From Dehalococcoidia bacterium (GTDB taxonomy: Bacteria > Chloroflexota > Dehalococcoidia > Lucifugimonadales > CAUZJF01), in assembly GCA_965197985.1 (NCBI GenBank), contig CBDAOG010000008.1:1224310-1288309 (forward strand): a stretch of 64,000 bases of DNA, in the 5' to 3' direction. The position numbers and the translations under genes were made by a program. How positions within the stretch are numbered: the stretch's first letter is position 1; the number at the start of each line of letters is the position of its first letter. Below are positions 60,921 to 64,000 of this stretch, piece after piece. The notes beneath the pieces were generated by a model that searched no databases, was not told where the DNA came from, and saw nothing but the letters and a program-made list of their open reading frames with translations.

Positions 60921-61322
60921 TCATGCGGCCTTCGCCTCGACCGCCTGCTCCGTCTTTCTCTCCTCCCTGGCCTTCAGGTGGGCCTTGAGGATGTGAGCGA
61001 TGCCGTCGCCGAGTCCGAGCACCGCAACGCTCTTGCCGTCGGGCATCATGTTGAAGAAGGGCTGCATCTCCTGAATCCCCCGGCACTGGTCAATCACCTC
61101 TTCGAGGGGAGTCCCGCGCCGCAGGTGCAGGGAGATCAACCGGCAGGCCAGCTCTGTGACTCCGTGCTGGAAGCTGCCTCCCTTGCCCAACCATCCGAAC
61201 ACCTCGAAGGGCTCGCCGTCCTCGTCCGTCGAAACGGTGACGTAGAGGTTGCCGAACTCCGTCTGGAGCTTGGTCGTCGTGCTGGGAAGGCTGCGGGGTC
61301 TTGCCCGCGTCTCCGTAGTCAT
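60921..61322 (-). CDS. Stand-alone TSCPD-like domain protein (class II RNR C-terminal-like)
   Basis: RP..L...T....T.FGNLYVTV......PFEVF...GK.G, RLISL.LR.G....VI.Q.RGI. Confidence 0.75.
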   Translation of the reverse strand: MTTETRARPRSLPSTTTKLQTEFGNLYVTVSTDEDGEPFEVFGWLGKGGSFQHGVTELACRLISLHLRRGTPLEEVIDQCRGIQEMQPFFNMMPDGKSVAVLGLGDGIAHILKAHLKAREERKTEQAVEAKAA

Positions 61323-61828
61323 GGCCTGTCCGCCTTCCCGAGGCAGAGCGGGCGCGTCCCGGCGCACTCGATGGCCTCCATCCGCCCGTACTTCCGCACC
61401 ATCTCCGGGTCGTTGGCGAACGACTCGGCCTCGATGCAGGTGTCGAACCGCTCAAACGGGTGGTCCGTCCCGAAGCCGCCCCGGTAGGCGATGGCGTGGT
61501 AGTGGAGGCCCGGCGGGCAGCCGCGGAGGTACGGGAGCGCAGGAGCGTAGCGGTCGAAGTAGCCCGCCACCTTGAGGGCAAGCTCCCGCTCTCGTTCGTC
61601 GGCCAGGCCCAGCAGCGTCCTGACGATGGGCTCCTCGCAGTCCTCCTCGGCGAAGGTGGGCGTGAACATGGCGGACCGGACGCAGGCGGGGATTTCGGCC
61701 CACCGCTCGCGGCTGAGCTTCAGCCCGCCGTGGCTGGGCGTCCAGACCCGCCAGACGCCCTCGGCCAGCTCCACCACGTCATGCGTCCAGCCCCAGGGTG
61801 TGCTTACCAAGGTCTCAGTCGTTGTCAT
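61319..61828 (-). CDS. DUF7007-like protein
   Basis: TPWG......AEGV..V.TPSHGGLKLS..R....P, EEDCE; RBS aggagg. Confidence 0.7.
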   Translation of the reverse strand: MTTTETLVSTPWGWTHDVVELAEGVWRVWTPSHGGLKLSRERWAEIPACVRSAMFTPTFAEEDCEEPIVRTLLGLADERERELALKVAGYFDRYAPALPYLRGCPPGLHYHAIAYRGGFGTDHPFERFDTCIEAESFANDPEMVRKYGRMEAIECAGTRPLCLGKADRP

Positions 61829-61837
61829 GGCTCGTAG

Positions 61838-61892
61838 CCTCCTTGTCCTGTAATGAGAGAGCGGGGCAGCCCCCCGAAGGAGACGGCCCCGC
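61838..61892 (-). promoter_or_regulatory. Repeated hairpin plus RBS leader, copy 2
   Basis: gcggggccgtctcc-ttcg-gggggctgccccgc then ttacaggacaaggagg. Confidence 0.7.
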
Positions 61893-61920
61893 TCGAACCG
61901 AACCCGATTGACCGGCAGGC

Positions 61921-62775
61921 TTAGGCGGCCTGGGCCTGCTGCATCTGCCGCAGCTTGTTGGCGGCGGCCTCCACCAGCGGGCCAAGCTCGGTGCCGTCCA
62001 GGTCGTCGAGGCTCTTGCCCGTCCGGTCCGTGACGGCCGTCCGCACCTGGTCCTCGTCGAGGCCCTGCTGGGCTGCGATCTCGATGAGCCGCTTCCGCAG
62101 CTTTTCGATCTGGGACTCGCTGCGGCTCCTGCCCTGGGCCTGGCCGGATGAGCGATTGGCCTGGCCGGAGTTGCCGTTGGCCTGAGCAGGGACCCGTTGC
62201 GGCTGCGGCGGGTTGCCGGCCTGCGGCTGGTCGCCGTAGAACCCGTTGCCGAACTGGACGCCGAAGCTGCGGAACGCCCGCTTCATGCCGTCCGTCACCG
62301 CGCCCTTGATGGCCGTGTCGTGGCCGTCCAGGGTGTCTTCGGCCACCGGGTGGACGCCGATGTCGGTGCGGGGCAGAGCGCCCGCGACGGTGACCCGCAC
62401 CGGGGCGCTGTAGGCGGACGCGACCTTCACCTCGCCGGTCTGGGTATCGACCGTCTCGATCTGGCGTAGCGTCACGTCGCCGGCCAGCTCGTAGCCCCAA
62501 CCGCCGTATCCGAAGATGCGGTTGGCCTGCTCGATGACGACGTGGCCTTCGAGGTAGTCGTAGCTGCGCCCGGCGCGGCCCTTGCGCTGGGAGGCCAGCG
62601 CCGGGTCGAGGGGCTGGCCGAGCGCCTGGCTGACGGCGGGCGAGAGCCCGTCCCAGAGCAGCTCGTGCTCGCTGACGATTGCGGCGTCGGGCTTGTGCCC
62701 GTTGCCGTTGACGGGGACGAGGCCGTTGCCCGTCCCGTTGCTGTGTCCGTTGTTGCTTCCGTTCCTGTTCACCAT
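61921..62775 (-). CDS. Rad52/Rad22-family single-strand annealing protein
   Basis: R.G..G....YLEGH.VIE.ANRIFGY.GW, D.G, A.K.AVTDG.KRA.R.FG..FGN..Y. Confidence 0.88.
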   Translation of the reverse strand: MVNRNGSNNGHSNGTGNGLVPVNGNGHKPDAAIVSEHELLWDGLSPAVSQALGQPLDPALASQRKGRAGRSYDYLEGHVVIEQANRIFGYGGWGYELAGDVTLRQIETVDTQTGEVKVASAYSAPVRVTVAGALPRTDIGVHPVAEDTLDGHDTAIKGAVTDGMKRAFRSFGVQFGNGFYGDQPQAGNPPQPQRVPAQANGNSGQANRSSGQAQGRSRSESQIEKLRKRLIEIAAQQGLDEDQVRTAVTDRTGKSLDDLDGTELGPLVEAAANKLRQMQQAQAA

Positions 62776-62979
62776 GTCTGTCTCCTTCTGTGTGGTGTGT
62801 TCCTGTAGCGAATGAGCGGTGCGGATTCCCCTATGGGAAGCCGTGTGCGGGCGAAGCCCGTCGTGAATCGGGCATAGGTCCTCCTGGGTGGTGAGAGTGG
62901 GATGGGTGAGGCGGGAACAAGTCCCGTTAAGGGAGAGGTGAAGTGGCCGGGAAGCCCGCTGAGGAGCGGCGGGGAGCCG

Positions 62980-64000
62980 CTAGCGGGCGGAGCGGGCGGC
63001 CTGCGTGAGCAGGCGTAGGAAGGCGGCGCGTCCGTGGGGCCGGGCCGCAAGCTCGGCCACGTCGCCGACGCCTGGGGGAAGGGCGACGGCGGAGGCCCTG
63101 CGACCGAGCAGGGTCAGAAGCCGCTCCGTCGCCTCATGGCCCGCGTCGTCGTTGTCGAAGGCGAGGAAGACGCGGGGGCAGCCCCGGAGGGCTGAGGCGA
63201 CCCGCTCAACGCCCTGGGTGCCCAGGGCGGCGACGGCGGGGAGTCCCCATCCGGTAAGGGCGAGCCAGTCGAAGACGCCCTCGGCAACGACCGCCCAGGG
63301 CGGCGCAGGGCCGAGACGCCCGAGGCCAAGCACCGGCTTGGGGCCGGGCGGAGCCTGGAAGCGGGGCGTCCGGTCAGGGTCTATGGCCCGCCCGACGAGC
63401 CAGCGGACGAGGCCGCCGGAGGCGTCGGGAACGACGACCATTCCGGCGAACCGCTCGGCTCCCCGCTCCATGAACAGCCCGCAGTCCCTGAGCCGGTCGG
63501 CGGCGAAGCCGTCCGACTCAAGGGACTCTCGCAGCCCGCTGCCCGGCGCATAGCCGAGGCCCAGGCGGGCTGCCGCGGGCTGGCCGACGCCCCGCGAGGC
63601 CAGGTACTCCCAGGCGGCGGGGCTGCGCCGGAGCTGACCGGCGTAGAATCGCCCCGCCGCCGTCAGCAGGGCGGGGTCGCGCGGAGGCAGCGCGGCGGAC
63701 GGGGGACGCCGCGCTCCGGCTGGACGAACAGCGGCCCTGGGCGTAAGCCCTGGGCTGCCGTCCAGCCGCGCGATGGCCTCCGGCAGGCTCAGGTTCTCGA
63801 CGCGCCGGATGAAGTCCAGCACGTCTCCCCCCTCACCGCAGCCGAAGCAGTAGAACCGCTCCGAGTCGCCGTACACCGTGAAGCTGCCCTCCACCTCGTC
63901 GTGGAAGGGGCAGACGCCCTGGCGGACCCTTCCACGACCGCGAAGCCGCACCCCTGCGGCCTCCACCGTGTCGCCCAGGGGGTGCCGGGCCTTCAGCGCG
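62980..64000 (-). CDS. DnaG-like primase (CHC2 zinc finger plus Toprim), 5' end outside window
   Basis: CPFH...SF.V......CFGC...GDV, EGVFD, AFDNDDAG. Confidence 0.88.
   Translation of the reverse strand, partial: ALKARHPLGDTVEAAGVRLRGRGRVRQGVCPFHDEVEGSFTVYGDSERFYCFGCGEGGDVLDFIRRVENLSLPEAIARLDGSPGLTPRAAVRPAGARRPPSAALPPRDPALLTAAGRFYAGQLRRSPAAWEYLASRGVGQPAAARLGLGYAPGSGLRESLESDGFAADRLRDCGLFMERGAERFAGMVVVPDASGGLVRWLVGRAIDPDRTPRFQAPPGPKPVLGLGRLGPAPPWAVVAEGVFDWLALTGWGLPAVAALGTQGVERVASALRGCPRVFLAFDNDDAGHEATERLLTLLGRRASAVALPPGVGDVAELAARPHGRAAFLRLLTQAARSAR

Noticed and set aside
59809-61086. 425-aa, 393-aa (61319-62500) and 335-aa (59400-60407) ORFs as single proteins
   Set aside because: Read-through chimeras across IS junctions or upstream genes; RBS-supported starts are internal.

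Overview
GC-rich bacterial chromosome segment. Gene order and protein styles suggest Chloroflexota, Dehalococcoidia/SAR202-like; this is inference only. Positions 1-46.5 kb are mostly housekeeping and catabolic genes: ilvD end, MetE-like, serS, yceD-rpmF-fabD-nusB-acpP, etfBA, an EF-G-like factor, HAS-barrel plus HerA, clpC, prfA/prmC and polA. This part also holds a six-GAF histidine kinase, two toxin-antitoxin pairs with frameshifted toxins, and several IS-disrupted genes. Positions 46.5-60 kb are a rearranged IS graveyard: nested IS21, IS1202-like and MITE insertions, three IS1380 copies or fragments, and a probable IS-mediated 6.9-kb inversion that carries a split-beta nitrile/thiocyanate-hydrolase-like cluster. 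Positions 60-64 kb are the edge of a phage/ICE-like module: primase, Rad52-like annealer, DUF7007-like protein, stand-alone TSCPD protein and a Cas4-like exonuclease, with two genes preceded by the same UUCG-hairpin/RBS cassette. The best novelty candidates are that recombination module with its repeated leader, a 161-bp structured MITE with 6-bp target duplications, palindromic repeats inserted in frame into prmC and etfA, an unannotated 30-aa zinc-finger ORF upstream of the EF-G-like gene, and the split-beta hydratase. No rRNA, tRNA or CRISPR array was seen. All family assignments come from motif recognition, not database searches.
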